Shown in pieces: positions 27,458 through 41,600 of a stretch of DNA of 64,000 bases (position 1 is its first letter; every line of letters starts with the position of its first letter). A model generated the notes under the pieces. That model had not been told where the DNA came from. It did not search any database and worked only from the letters and a program-made list of their open reading frames with translations. The position numbers and the translations under genes are program-made. The DNA is taken from positions 10,836,795 through 10,900,794 of the forward strand of contig NC_092670.1 in assembly GCF_964355755.1 (NCBI RefSeq), in the 5' to 3' direction. The DNA comes from Antedon mediterranea. Lineage: Eukaryota > Animalia > Echinodermata.

Positions 27458-30400
27458 TTATTGGGGTAATGTTGGTAATTTCTTATATATATCTAACCTG
27501 GTATCCCAGGCACTTTGTAGGTATTTTTTACAAGCCAAGTCAAAAATTTCCCCAAGAACAACGTTTTCATTATATAAATTGTCTAATAACAAATGTAATT
27601 TCATTTCAGAGGTTCCTTCGTAGAAAGAGTTCCAATAATGTTCAAACCCGTTATTCATTAATTGTAATTTCATTGGGTAGAAGATTTCTTCTCTTAATTT
27701 ACTAAATGTATTACATTCTAACATAAAGTGTGCGATAGTTTCAGTGTCATTATTGCAGAGTGCACACATACCCGTACTCGTGGGTGACCATGACTGTTTC
27801 CTACCTTCAAGGTTTAGAAAGTTCGATCTCACCTTAAATTTCAAACAACTTCTTTTAAAGTCATTTTTGTAAAGAAGGTATGGTTCTAGTATCGGTTTAT
27901 TCTTGTACAATATTATATTGTGTCAGAGATGATTTTGATTGTGCTCTCTTCTGCCATTCGTTATTATCGATATCTTTGTTCTTGCATTTAAATTGAGTTA
28001 ACCAATTACCAGGTGATTCGTTGGTGAACATATCACCCATGTTACATTTATGTAAGGCTTCTTTAACTTGATTTAACCATCCCCATTTTAATTTATCTTC
28101 AAGAATGTTTATGGCGTTAAAAATCACATTGGACCATCTTTCCTTCTCCATGTTTTTTAGGCGGTTAAAATATTTAATCCGAGAGCAGTTTTGAAGCGAT
28201 TCTAGTGATTGCCAGCCCAAGTCACCATATAGAGCCTCTTTTGCAACGTTACGCGGAGCCTTAAGAATGGTTCTCGCCATTAAAAACTGCAGGTTTTCAA
28301 CTTTTGCCATTGTTGTTTTTCCGTTACAGTACCAAACTGAGCATGCGTAATTAATGGTAGGGATTCCGATAGATTTCCATAATAGGTCCCCGTAATAAAT
28401 TCTGTTAAAATCATCTTGTTCATTTATAATGGATTTAATATATGATGCGATTACCCTTCTTGATAACTTCGTCTATGTGAAGATTGTCCGACAACGTACG
28501 AGAAATATATACTCCCAAGTATTTGTATTTATCAGTTTCTGTTATAGAATTGTTTCCTAACCTCCATTTTCTATATAAGTTGGTCCTTTGTCCTGTGATA
28601 AGGACATTTGATTTATCATAATTAAATGACATTTTCCATTCTTTAGCGAATTCTGTAGTAGTTTGTAGGAGCATTTTAAGTTCCTTCTCGTTTTCTCCTA
28701 TTAGCACGACGTCGTCGGCCCATAATAAACAATTAATTTTAGTGTTAAAGATGTTAACACCTAGATCTGAGTTGTTAAGCATTATACGTAATTCATTGAT
28801 GTATATTGAGAAGAGTGTTGGCGATAACGAGCATCCCTGTTTAACACCTTCATCGATATCAAATAACTCCGTCTCTAAATTAGCAAATTGGACCTTACAT
28901 TTAACATTCTCATATACATTTTGTACGATATTAATTAGGTTACCTTTTATACCGATTCGGCGTAATGCTTTTATTAGTCCTTCTCTCCAGACTGTATCGA
29001 ATGCTTTTCGGAAATCGAGAAAAGCCAAAAATGTCTTTTTACCCTCGGCTTGTCGAGTAGCTATCAAGCTTTTAAGGGTGAAGATATGGTCTTCACATCG
29101 TCTATCTTTACGGAAGCCCCCTTCTTGTGCTTCGGTTAATAAATCATACTCTTCAAGGAATTCTGATATTCTTCGAGAAATTATTCGACTATAGATCTTA
29201 GCAATGCATGAGTTTAAGGTAATTCCTCTATAGTTATCTAAATTTCGCCGGTCGCCTTTTTTAAATATAGGAACTATTGTGCCGTTGTTCCATTCATCTG
29301 GTATACATTCGAGATGGGAGAGTCTTTTAAACAGTTTATACAGTGTTGCAACTATTGTGTTACCGCCGTTTTTTTATAAATTCGTTAGAAATATTATCAT
29401 TGCCCGGGCTTTTGTTGTTTTTACATAGGGAGACTGCGTATTTTACATCTTCACATGAGAATTCGAGTTTATCCAGAGTAGCGGTTTGAACATTTATGTT
29501 GTAGCTGTCAGCTAAATTGTCATTAAATAGATCATTCTCTACATCTAAGTTTTTCTTACCTAAGGTATTAAAGTAATTGGTTAACGAGGACTTAATTATG
29601 GGTGCGTCTGATGTTACGTTGTCCGTTCCCGGAATTATTATAGATGTAACATTGTTTGTTCGTTTATTTCCTTTTAAAACTGACCAGAAGTCTCTAGACT
29701 GAGGTCCGCCTTTTTCCATTATTTTTGAACATCTATCCATCCGGATTTGCATCATTTTTTGTCTAATTAATGTTTTACATTCGTTTCGTTTAGTTTGATA
29801 ATCTTTCCAGAGATTATCCCTTATAGTTTTTCATTAAAGTCAGAATTAGTTTTGTTCTTACAATATAGTCGGTGTGCTCGACACGCTTTTTTTCGTTTTT
29901 CCATTGACTGTTCAATATCACAATCAAACCATTGTTTACTTTTTCTGGACTGTTTTTTATAGCCTATTGTCTCTTCGGCAGCAGATACTACAAGGCGTTT
30001 CCATGATTCCCAAGCTTCGTTAGCATTTAAATGGGCTGGGTCCCAGTTAGTGAATTTAGATTCAAGGTCCTCTTGGAACGTTGTCCAATCGTGGTTATAC
30101 TTTATATCCCATCGTTGTTTAAATGTTTCAGGGATTGTGTTATTATTATTAAATGATTCCACATTCATATCAATTATAATCATGTTATGATCGCTACCTA
30201 TGTGAAAGTTACATTGGTCATCTATCATGAATTCATTTATATCGTTTTGAATATTTGCTGATACAAGACCATAATCCAAAACACTTTTATGTTGATTCTT
30301 TACCCACGTAAATACTCCTGTACATTTTTCACTACCGTTAAGGATAAACAGATCACCATCATTACTAAAATCAATAAGTCCTTGACCATTATAGTTTATA

Positions 30401-31124
30401 GATTCGTCTCCATAGTTAATCAAGTGACCAATTTTGCCGTTGAAATCTCCAAGAATTATTATATTAGCATCATTGTCATTTTGAGAGATCTCTAAATTTT
30501 CCGCTATTAAGGAGACAAACATCTCATCAATCAAGTTGCGATCGGTTCCTTCACATGGAAAATAAACTAAAGCTATGTAATATATTGAATTGGTAGAACT
30601 ATTAAATTGCACTTTTACCCATAGTCGTTCGAGGGTATCACATCTCGTATCTAATACATTGTCATCTATGATCTTAATGTCGTCCCTAATTAGGAAGCCG
30701 ATCCCGCCTTGACTTTTTTAGTATATGATGATCTATTTTTCCCAATCCAATTGTAAACTTTGATTTGTATTTCTTCTTTATCTTTTAGAAATGATTCGAC
30801 TATTCCAAATAAATTAATTTTATTGATATTTACAAATTTTTGGATATCATACTTTTTGCTTTTGTAGCCTCTGATATTATTGTATGCTATTTTAATGTTA
30901 GTATTAGTATTACATAATTTAGATTTCTTTTTACCTCGTCTAACTTTAACATGTTTATGATTAATCTTATTTGGAGGCACGTTGTTTAACATAGGATCAG
31001 GATTTAAACTATTGATACTAGCGATATCTTCGCTATTTTTGTTAATTGTTATCTCATTTATACAGGTATTGTTATTACATTCGTCAATTAAGAAATCGTA
31101 TATATTGTCATGATTAAAAGACAT
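27458..31124 (-). pseudogene. RTEX-like ORF2 (APE-RT-zinc finger) broken into 6+ ORF fragments
   Basis: YNNIRG, GIVESFL, GDFNG, LDY, SDH; KSPGND; FLDFRKAFD, GVKQGCSLSPTLF, LLWADD, YKYLGV; CALC...ETIAHFMLEC. Confidence 0.88.
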
Positions 31125-31187
31125 TACATTACCCCGCAGGTTTCTCCTAGTTGGTTCAGGATCGGCGTTTACTTCATTGCCTGTTTC

Positions 31188-32407
31188 CTATGGAAGTCGA
31201 CATTGATAGTTCTTATGTCCAAATTCGAAGCATCCGTGACATTGTACTGGTTTACCATGTTTACAGTCTTTCATCTGATGGTTCCTTTCACCACAGTAGT
31301 AACATCCGGTTCTGTTTGTTTGTATTTGTCTACTATTGTGTCGATAATTTAAGTTAGTGTTTGGACGGTGCTGTTTGTTGCGATATCCCTGTGTTCCTAT
31401 CGGCGACGAGTAGTGGCCTGATGAAGTCCGGTGCGATTTGTTTGTTTCTTTATCTTTCACAATCCTGTGTACTTTGTTGATATTGGTCAGTAATTTCTTC
31501 GTTCCGTAGTTGCTGAGATGAAGTCTACTCCTATTGAGGGATCCACTTTCACATTCGTTATTGTACAGTTTGAAGGTTGTGTCGTTGTCAATTATTTTAC
31601 AGTCCTCTTTTGACGCGATTCCTTTGATTTCCCCGTTCAGTTTGTCTACTCTACCTTGATGTTCCATAACATCTTGTCTAGGACATATTGTTGATAATAT
31701 AATGGATGTGCTGGGCGATTTCGTTTTAACATCCTGTATTATTTGTGCGAACTCGTTTGGGGCGTTGTTTGCATCCTCGTCTTTTGTGCAGTCGTTCGTT
31801 CCGCCATGAATTATTATGGTATCAAAACTGTTCGCGTCTAGTGATCTCAATGATTCTTTTATATCTTTCATTTTTGCTCCGGGTAGACAAGAGACTTTAG
31901 TCTTCAGCAATCCTCTTTCATTAATATTCTTGATTATTGAGTCTCCTATTATAAGGGTGTCTGCTGTGTTCAATGGTATACCATTTGTTCTTTCGTGTAG
32001 GTCTTTGGTACGGTCATTCTTTGTTTGGTCACACATAGCATTGCGTTGCAGTTCTAAGTCATCTTTTAGTTGTTTATTTTCCTGTCGAAGAATGTTATTT
32101 TGCTCTTTGATCTCATTGATGATTTTAAATTGTGAAGTTATAGTATTTGGTATTCCTCTACATGATTCACAAAACCAACTGGTTGCTCGCTTTCCAGTTG
32201 CGGAGATTCCAATACATAGAGAAACCAAATCAGTTTGGCAAAATGAGCATTCATTTTTCCTTTGGCGATATGATTTAACATACAATGCTCTACACATTTA
32301 ATCGTCCGATTAGTGATACTAGACGTGCTTGTTGAAGGTTGTTGTGACTTGGTTTGCGAGCTTGGAGGGGATTGAGGTCTCGGAGGTGTTCGGTTTGTAG
32401 ACGCCAT
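31188..32407 (-). CDS. LINE ORF1: PHD-like finger + coiled coil + SGNH/GDSL esterase + two CCHC zinc knuckles (frameshifted near 32250-32300)
   Basis: CSFC...WFCESC; IIGDSII, HGGTND, LHLS..G; CYYCGERNHQMKDC and CHGCFEFGHKNYQC. ATG-initiated N-terminus in ORF 32138-32407. Confidence 0.85.
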
Positions 32408-33136
32408 ATTTAAGATTTAATTTAGGTATCTATGTCGAATTAATTATTATTATAACTATCATTTGGTATCTGGTTCATTCAGATCGTTCAGATAACTTCT
32501 TATAATAGTTCTGGAACGTTTCCCGACTTACAGTTATCCAGATAAATATACAGCACCCAGACGGTCTAAATATTTCAATGATGTATGATAGCTTGGTTGG
32601 CGTGGTCCAGCAGTATTAGCGTGGGCCTAAACAAGCTATCTATTGTTCTCTATCTATACAGGACGCTATCTTTCCCCAGTGAGAGATGTACACTTCTGCT
32701 ACGTTGGCCTTGGAAATTTAGTAAAATAGTTATATGAAAACTCACCATTTACTGCTTATTTTCTCAAGATATAAACTATGGTTGGATTCCTCAAGTTGAG
32801 ATATACCTAACGCTATAACTTTCAAATAAAAATGTTGTTGAAGACTTGAAGAAATTCAGCTAAATTGGGATTAGAATTTAAACGTCCCGCGTCTCGTCTC
32901 TCGTCTATGATGCCAATTGAAGCAAGGATAAAGTGTTTTGTAATATAGAATAAGATTTGATATACAGTATAAGTCGATAGCTATATATTTTTGATAAGTG
33001 TTGCCCATCACGTAACACCAATGAACCCAGTTACACCAAATATAGAACAAAATCCGCCGATGCTACGCTACATGACAACAATTAACAATTCGATCGCCGC
33101 AACAAAGTGTCAGGAAGTATAACAATTTAAAATATA

Positions 33137-34079
33137 AAACTAGATTTAATTTGTCACTATGACGAATTATAGGTTATATGCATTGATTTAAATAAAGATA
33201 ATTGATTTTTAAAAGATGTATTAATTTATTTTGTCAAAACCATATACCATAAGCCATATACACTTGAATAAAACAATCCGATCAAAGATCCCTCCGCTTA
33301 TGTCATAAACCACCCTTACAGTACATAATAATAAACACATTACTTTTTCACTAGATTTCATTATAAATCATGCTTATTATAATTTATACACTGAACAAAC
33401 AATACAAATATAAAAAAAAAATTGTCTTTCATTTCGTTTCCCAACGTGAGACTTGATCTCGGGACCTCGAGTGCTATAGACGGGATCACATGAGACCACC
33501 GAGCCATGTACACCTGAATAAAAGTTGCATTTAGTATGCAGTAACTACTTAGGCGTAGATAGATTATGACATACCGCAATGAATCATAAGTTTTTACAAT
33601 GATGGCATCTTTAAAAATAAAAAAAAAATGTCGAAGAAAATGTCATAGTTTGTTTGATTGTCAAAATTTTTATTTTTTAATTCAATATGCAATTAATGAT
33701 GATGTAATCAACTTTTTTTCTCTTATTCTCTTATTTTCATAAATCAGACATGTGATAAATACACTTTAAGAAAATGAATTGCAAAATAGGGGTTCCCGAG
33801 CATTTTGACGATCTATTTAGCATATTTTCACCATTTTTTTTACACCTGTCACTTTCGACATGCTCGTATAACATAGTTTCAAGTTTTTTGATTGCGCATC
33901 GTAAAAAGATAATCACATCGATTCCTGACCATAAGGAATATTCTCTGAAAAAATGACGTAGCTAGATGAAATTGATCCCAAGATAATTGATGAACAAAAT
34001 AGTGCTAAGGAAAGAATAAATAAATACAGTTTCTGACAGAATCAATAAGGTTATATGCATTTTCATGCATATAACCTAG
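33137..34079. mobile_element. HINE/Helentron-like element, family 2, with internal tRNA-like segment
   Basis: AAACTAG + hairpin AATTTGTCA-TGACGAATT + subterminal AGGTTATATGCAT at the left. GGTTATATGCA-TGCATATAACCT palindrome at the right. tRNA-like segment at ~33437-33506 (minus, TGGCTCGGTGG A-box). Confidence 0.7.
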
Positions 34080-35057
34080 AAATATGAAATTCTTCATAAA
34101 AATAAAATTTTGCATAAATGAGTCAATTTTGGTGAATTTCCAAACAATTAAAATGATGTTTCTGGTGTTCTCTTAATCACTGCCCTCTTGTAACTGTTGC
34201 CAACTGATGTTGTTATTAGAACATCTAGGTGTTAGGTTAAACCCATTTAGGTTTGAAAGTGTATAGGAAAGTTTTGTTTTAGAGATTTTTTACATTTATA
34301 CATTGAAAGCTTTAGATTTAAATCTTAAATTGTATAGTAGTTTATTTGCTTTTTTAATGTTTATATACTTTCGCCTTTACCTTGGAAAATAAACATAAAC
34401 ATTCATCTTGTGTTTCCTTATGTTTAGCGAAGTTGAAAGTGATTTTTTACGCTAATACATTCAAAGATTTAGATTTTAAATTTTGTAGTAGTTTATTTGC
34501 TTTTTAATGTTTATATACTTTCGCCTTTACCTTGGAAAATACAACAACATTTATATTCAATGTAAGTTTTTATTTCATTTTTAATCATTTCAAAACAAGA
34601 TTCAATTTAAGAACTTCAGCAAATATTAGATTAAAACACTACTAATTATTAATTAATGAAAATATAGGAAATACTGATTTATGATTAGATATCAATTTGT
34701 TATTATTATATAAAAACATGATAATAATAATGTTACTATTATTTATGTATTAACATTAGTTTTAAATAATAAAATAATATTTTTTTACAGAATGACTTGA
34801 ATATATTATTTGGTATAATATTTAAAAAAGATGAATAATAAAACATTCATTGTTACTATTATATAATTAAAAATGCAAAATTAAAAATTCCATATAATAA
34901 ATTTTAAACAGATCACAGTTGATATGACAATATATTTGATTATTAAGGTTATAACATTTGGATTATTATAATAAAATAATTATTTAATGATAAGGCAAAA
35001 CGATATTTAAAAAAAACAAAGAAGAAAAGATATTAAATAATTACAGATTCTGATTTG

Positions 35058-35188
35058 TTATGGTGCTCTTTTAACCATCATCACTGTTGTCTTAAAAGAT
35101 CAAAATAGCTATCCCAGTTGATGCCATTGTAATCAGCTGTACCTAGTGTGAGACAAAGCCCATTCAGGTCTGAATCATGAACATTCTC
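35058..35188 (-). repeat. Diverged duplicate of the FBG C-terminal coding tail directly after the stop codon
   Basis: Reads ENVHDSDLNGLCLTLGTADYNGINW... then, after a frameshift, KTTVMMVKRAP*. Confidence 0.85.
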
Positions 35189-35433
35189 TTATGGTGCTCT
35201 TTTAATCATCATCACTGTCTTCTTGAGACTCTCATATTTATTATTGAAATGATACCAGTTGATACCTGCATTTGTACCTGGTGTAAGGTAAAGCCCATTC
35301 AGGTTTGAATAATGACAGGATTTGTACCACCAACCACTTTTCCTGTCCGTAGCACAGTTAATATCCATTCTCTTATCATTGTCTCTATCATACGTTGTAA
35401 ATTGTTGACCATTGTGGTATGCCAAAGAATCAC
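35189..35433 (-). CDS. PAN-FReD gene exon 5 (FBG C-terminus)
   Basis: tttag|GT GAT acceptor (phase 1). GDSLAYHNGQQFTTYDRDND...NCA...GWWYKSCHYSNLNGLY...GINWY...SLKKTVMMIK is the canonical FBG C-terminus. Confidence 0.93.
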
Positions 35434-35726
35434 CTAAACAAACAAGATATTAGATCATCTTTAGTTTACTTCATATATCTTAAAATTTTTAAATATTTGT
35501 ATATTTGTATTAGTCTGGTAGTTGAAGGGTTGAACCGGGCAAAAAATGGTACAAAGCAAATTTTTAAATCGTAGGAAGCGCAATTTTATGGAGAATAACA
35601 TATCCAAAATCGACAAAAATCCAACTTGGGGAAAATTTTTTAGACGCGTTTTAAATTTACTTTTATTTTGTCAATTTACTTAAAAAACCACTGTTACTAA
35701 GTTAAGTCTTACAGTCATTATAAATA

Positions 35727-36990
35727 CTAGATGGTACGCTCGCTTCGCTCGCATACCATCTAGGTCGTGCCCACGGATGGTTCTCGAATACATATTAATT
35801 TCAGCGTAAAAAAACTGGCGATTTCAAATGTACGTACCGCATGACTATAACACATTGCCGTTTACAGAAACAAATAAATAGACACAATGATTTATGTAGT
35901 CAACCAAAATTAGCACCCTGTGTGTTTTTTGTATCTAACATTAGGGTTGAGGGTTGGGGATGAGGATAGATACAAAGAGGAACAATTTTTTAATATATTC
36001 TTTATATTAAATTATTCTTTATATTTCTTTATTTTCCACTCAGTAACGAAACATTTTTTCATGTTTTATAGGCCTATAAATAGTATACCACTAAATAGAG
36101 TAAAACATTTGCGATTTAATACTTTGTTAAAACTGTCCTTGTTATAGTCGATTGAAATAGTAAAGTACATGTAACGATACACCACTACGACGTTTATATT
36201 TTTTCTAATTCTTAATTGATACAAACGTTGAGAAGCAACTGTCAGTAATAAAGTATTATATTATTATGTGTTTATAATCTAAAAGTAGGGGCTACCCACA
36301 CTCACAGTAATAAAGTTGATTTGTATATTTGTTTATATTATATCTAAACAGTACCAATACTCACAATGGAACTTGCGATTCAAATGGCGATCAAAAGTGG
36401 TTACCTATTTACAGTATTGTATAGCATTTCAATACCATTTATGTTTATTCTCTAAGGGCCCATAAATTTACCTACTTGTGTTAAACCATGGAGGTATGCA
36501 TCCATGGTTATTAAACCAAATAATTTGGAATGTTCCATTCATCGCAAATCAATACATTTGTATAAACGTATATTTAAATCTATCAAAATAGTATTTTTTA
36601 AAGAAAATCGGCCTGTCTTCAACATTATGATGCTGTACTCGAGCTGTTCAGCCGGTTTTCAGCCATTAAAAACAATTATCGTAGGAGGAGATAGGAAAAT
36701 GCGAAGCATCCTCGTATTATTGTCTGCGGGTATTTTTCAAGACGGACATCCATTAGACAGTGTATACCACGATAGGAAAACACCCCTATTTGGGGCAAAT
36801 CGTTGAACCTAAATTTGTTTTAATCGTCAATAACTAATTATCGAACTCAATTTAATTAGCAAACAGGGTTACATCAGGTGGTTAAAATCAGTACCGAAAG
36901 TACGAACCAACTTTATATACCATCGAGTAAACATTCTAGAAATAACGCGCGATTTACCGAATTTTGCCCTTACGTAAATTTATATATAGA
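35727..36990 (-). mobile_element. Helitron H copy (dimer unit 2)
   Basis: 5' TCTATATATA at 36990, 3' hairpin + CTAG at 35727. Confidence 0.85.
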
Positions 36991-38239
36991 CTAGATGGTA
37001 CGCTCGCTTCGCTCGCGTACCATCTAGGTCGTGCCCACAGATGGTTCTCGAATACACAGTAATTTCAGGGTAAAAAATCTGGCGATTTCAAATGCACGTA
37101 CCGCAGGACTATAATACATTGTCGTTTACAGAAACGAATAAGTAGACACAATGATTTATGTAGTCAACCAAAATTAGCACCCTGGGAATTACTTCCGAAA
37201 GAGAAACTTACCACAAAATGAGTCCAAATTGTTTATTCATTTAAAGAAACCCAATTAGGGTTGAGGGATGGGAAAGAAGATAGGTACAAAGAGGAACAAT
37301 TTTTAAATATATTCTTTATCCACGTCAGTAACGAAGTATTGTTTTCATTTTTTATAGGCCTATAAATAATATACCACTAACGGTGACTAAATATAGTAAA
37401 ACATTTGCGATTTAATACTTTGTTAAAACTGTCACTGTCATAGTCGATTGAAATAGTAAAGTACGTGTAACGATACACCACTACGACGTTTATATTTTGT
37501 AATTATTAATTAATGGAAACGTTGAGAAGCAACTGTCAGTATTATTAATAAAGTTTATTTGTATATTACGTGTTTATATATCTAACAGTAGAGCCTACCC
37601 ATAATCACAGTAATAAAGTTTATTTGTATATATTTTTTTACATCTAACAGTATTCACAGTAAGAAATGTTCGATTCAAATGACGACCAAAAATGGTTAAT
37701 AGGTATTTGCAAGTTTATTCTCCAAGGGCTCATAAATTTACCTACTTGTGAAACCAAACTGGCAGACTGAGAGATTGGAATGTTCCATTCATCGCAAATC
37801 AATACATTTGTAAAAACGTAAATTAAATCTATCAAAATAGTATTTTTTAAAGAAAATCGGCCTGTCTTCAACATTATGATGCTGTACTCGAGCAGTTCAA
37901 CCGGTTTTCAGCTATTAAAAACAATTATCGTAGGAGGAGATAGGAAAATGCGAAGCGTCCTCGTATTATTGTGTGCGGGTATTTTTCAAGTTGGACATCC
38001 ATTAGACAGTGTATACCACGATCGGAAAACACCCCTATTTGAGGCAAATCGTTGAACCTAAATTCGTTTTAATCGTCAATAACTAATTATCTAACTCAAT
38101 TTAATTAGTAAACAGGGTTACATCAGGTGGTTAAAATCAGTACGGAAAGTACGAACCAACTTTATATACCATCGAGTAAAAATTCTAGAAGTAAGGCGCG
38201 ATTTACCGAATTTTGCCCTTACGTAAATTTATATATAGA
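36991..38239 (-). mobile_element. Helitron H copy (dimer unit 1)
   Basis: 5' A|TC at 38239. Its 3' CTAG at 36991 is joined directly to the TC of the next unit. Confidence 0.85.
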
Positions 38240-38615
38240 TAATCGTATATCTTGGAAACCGCTAACTGTAGAGTCTTTAATTTGGTCTCTAATTGTTTGT
38301 TATGTACATATTTCTATTTTTAAAATAAAATTCTTTGTCAAAAAATGGCGGGAAAGTTTATTTCTTGACATCTTGACCTTTGACCTCATATTTCGATATC
38401 TCAATAAATACTGAGTGTACAAATTTAAAATTGGTCTTAAATTGTTCGTAAAGTGAACCTTTCTATTCATGCTAATGACAAGTTTTTAAAATAAACGACA
38501 TTAAAGAGGTCATTTTGAAACCATAAACTTGTATAATAACAATGTAGATGGAAGATGGAACATTTTGTAATAAAATCGACTTAATTATAAAATTAGGCCA
38601 TACCATTCTTTTTCA

Positions 38616-41600
38616 CTATTCTTCATCTGATTCATCAACAACCAATTCCTCTGAATTTTTGCAACTGTCCCCTCTGCAATCTCCACATGATGTTACGCAT
38701 TTCAGTCCATTTTTACGACATGAATATAAATTTGTACCACATGGGTTGTTGGATGATAATTTGCACTTGCAACGAACAAACTTTAGTAAAGTGTCTGGTG
38801 CTGCAGCAGAATCTGTCATGATTGGAGTTAGATGGGTTCCTTCGCATTTCCAACCCCATTGTAAAGGGTCCAAGTCAGTATTTAGTTTTGACCACACAAG
38901 TATCTGTAAATGTACCCGCAGACTATGGAAATATGCTGCTCTCTCTCTGTAGGTGGAAGTTTTTGAGGCTCAATAGATGATATTGATGCTACCATATCCA
39001 TAAATTTCACATACCGTAAGTTGTTTAAAGATTTTTAAAGTTTTTGCCACCGTAGATTATTTTGAATACTTCAAGTCCAGCTTTTCCAATATCTTCTGCT
39101 GTTGCACTCTCATCACTAATTGACTTGGATAACTGTTCCTTGGAACTACGGATTTTCTTCAGAAGATTAGTTTTTCCTTGGCCAATATATGGCAGATGTC
39201 GTATCGCAGCCACTCCAAACATGAGCGAATGAATGAATGAATGATGTTACATCATTGCCAGTATTCTTGACAAGATCACAACTTTTCTATAACTTTAGCT
39301 CTTTTTTATATGACTGTTTCGCTTCATATCTGCCATGGTTGGGTTAAAGTGGTACATCAGCAACACAAGCACGTCTGTGTCATCGGCTACCACATCAACA
39401 GTTTGCCCTTGCCGTGCGTACTCTAGAGCAAATGAAACAATCATTGTATCAGCATCTCCGGTACTTGTATGAACTACATGCCCATCTTTTTTGAGGTAGC
39501 AGCTAACAATTCAATGATTACGATGTGCTTGCATTAATTCATTCAGTTGAATATCGGCGGATGTTCTTCCAACACGCCTTTGATGCTCATGGTCTTTTAT
39601 TGATGGTCCCTTTTCATAACACAATGCATGAATCTCCAAATTTTTTACGAACATAACTCACATACTGCATGGCTATATCTTTATATGTTGCCCCTTTTGC
39701 CCATTTAACTCTGTGTAAGAGCTCCTCCATCTAAAACATACATTGTATGTTGGTTTCGTGTAAGTGATTGTGTTCTGCTTCAGTTCTGATGGAATCAAAT
39801 ATTTCAAAAAAGTTTGTAAATGACGTGGTATCCACATTTTGCCTCGTTCAATATTGCCGATGTCTTCATTCATCGGATATGATTCAGTGTTGTACTTACT
39901 TTCTCTTATTTCTGCTCGTAAGATAGTTGCTGCAGTAAATACAATTCGCTCTGATTCATCTTCAATGTTTTGTTTTCTCTCCGAGTAGTCAAGTCAAGTC
40001 AAGTCAAGTCAAGTCAAGTATCATTTATTATCATTTGTTTTAGGAAAAACATAGAAATTCTGTTTGCTCTGTTGGCGGACCACAATATCCAACGGACACA
40101 ACACGAACTCAAAAAACAAGAACATTACAAAAAAAAGTCTACATCATATTTAAGGCTCTAAAAGATCCTGGAAAGAAACTATTTGTAAATCGTGCCTTAT
40201 TGGCCTTAATAGAACGAAATCGCCGACCGCTGCGCATCAACTGGAACATACTAGAGGCCGGATGAAAATGATCATCTTTGATAGCCACTGCCTTTTTCAG
40301 AAGACGATCCGAAAATATGTTCTCCAAAGGCAGTTGTGTAGATCCAATTATACGCGATGCGGTCTTGACTATTCTATTTAGGTCACGCTTTTCATTTTCG
40401 GTAGCGCTACCGAACCATACCGTTAAAGAATACGTTATTACACTCTCTATAACTGACCTATAGAAGGACGACATTATTTCAGAGTTTATACCAAATGATT
40501 TAAGTCTACGTAGGAAGTAGATTCTTCTTTGGGCCTTTCTAATAATGTTACGTGTGTTAATATGCCACTTCAGATCATTTGAAATATAAATACCCAAGAA
40601 TTTAAATTCTTCTACAAACTCAACTGATATACCATTAATAAATATTGGATATTTGACATTAAGTGATTTACGGAAATCAACAACCATTTCTTTAGTCTTA
40701 GATACATTCAAGAACAGATTGTTTTCGTTACACCAGTCTACAACTCGTTTAACTTGGTTGCGATAATTAGACTCATCACTGTCATCATTGATTAGACCTA
40801 CAATGGTAGTATCATCCGCAAATTTAGCGATGTGACAGTTACTGTAGTAGGTAACACAGTCATAAGTAAATAAAGTAAAAAGAAAGGGCGACAGTACACA
40901 GCCCTGTGGTACACCTGTATTTATAATACGCTTATCTGATATAGTGGTACCCACTTTAGTACGTTGGGGTCGATCAGTTAAAAAGTTTAACACCCAGTTA
41001 CATATAGAAATATCGAAACCGATTTCAACCATCTTAGTGTGTAACTTATACGGTACAATCGTATTAAATGCTGAACTAAAATCTATATATAAAATCCTAG
41101 CATATCTTTTATCACGTTCGAGATGCTCTAAGATCCTATGCAAAGTGATCGATACAGCATCTTCGGTAGACCGGTTTGGTCTATAGGCGAACTGATATTG
41201 GTCAAGATCTCGAGGACACTTGGCCTTTAGGTAATTAAGGACTATATGTTCAAAGCATTTCATCAGAACCGATGTTAATGTTATAGGTCGATAATCATTC
41301 AGGGTTTCGATTGGGGAACGTTTCGGAATTGGAACTATTATAGAATCTTTAAAACATCGCGGAATAATTTGAGATATAAGAGAGAAATTGAAAATGTATG
41401 TAAAAATATGGGCAATCTGTTTGCAACAATGTTTAACAAGCATAGGGGATATACCGTCTGGACCAGCTGACTTATTTGACTTACATCTACTAAACTCAAT
41501 ACAAGTATTCTCTTCAAGAACAACTAACGAGTACCATTTCTAATTAAGTATGTACTTTGCCATGTTTTTGAAACAAACAATATTCCCACATCCTTCAACC

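Larger units (their letters stand above)
26381..32915 (-). mobile_element. Full-length RTEX-like non-LTR retrotransposon with frameshifted ORFs
   Basis: ORF1 (PHD-like, SGNH esterase, 2 CCHC), ORF2 (APE, RT, C-terminal C2HC), ~1.1 kb 3' UTR, (AATACTG)n tail, TSD ATTGAAG (26374-26380 / 32916-32922). Clade assignment is by motif recollection. Confidence 0.8.

Noticed and set aside
28742-32301. Plus-strand ORFs (28742-29194, 31816-32301; likewise 14767-15024, 38548-38952, 40944-41186)
   Set aside because: Antisense shadows of transposon coding sequence.
36504-38414. ORFs within Helitron copies as captured genes
   Set aside because: Frames are not conserved between copies and show no recognisable motifs.
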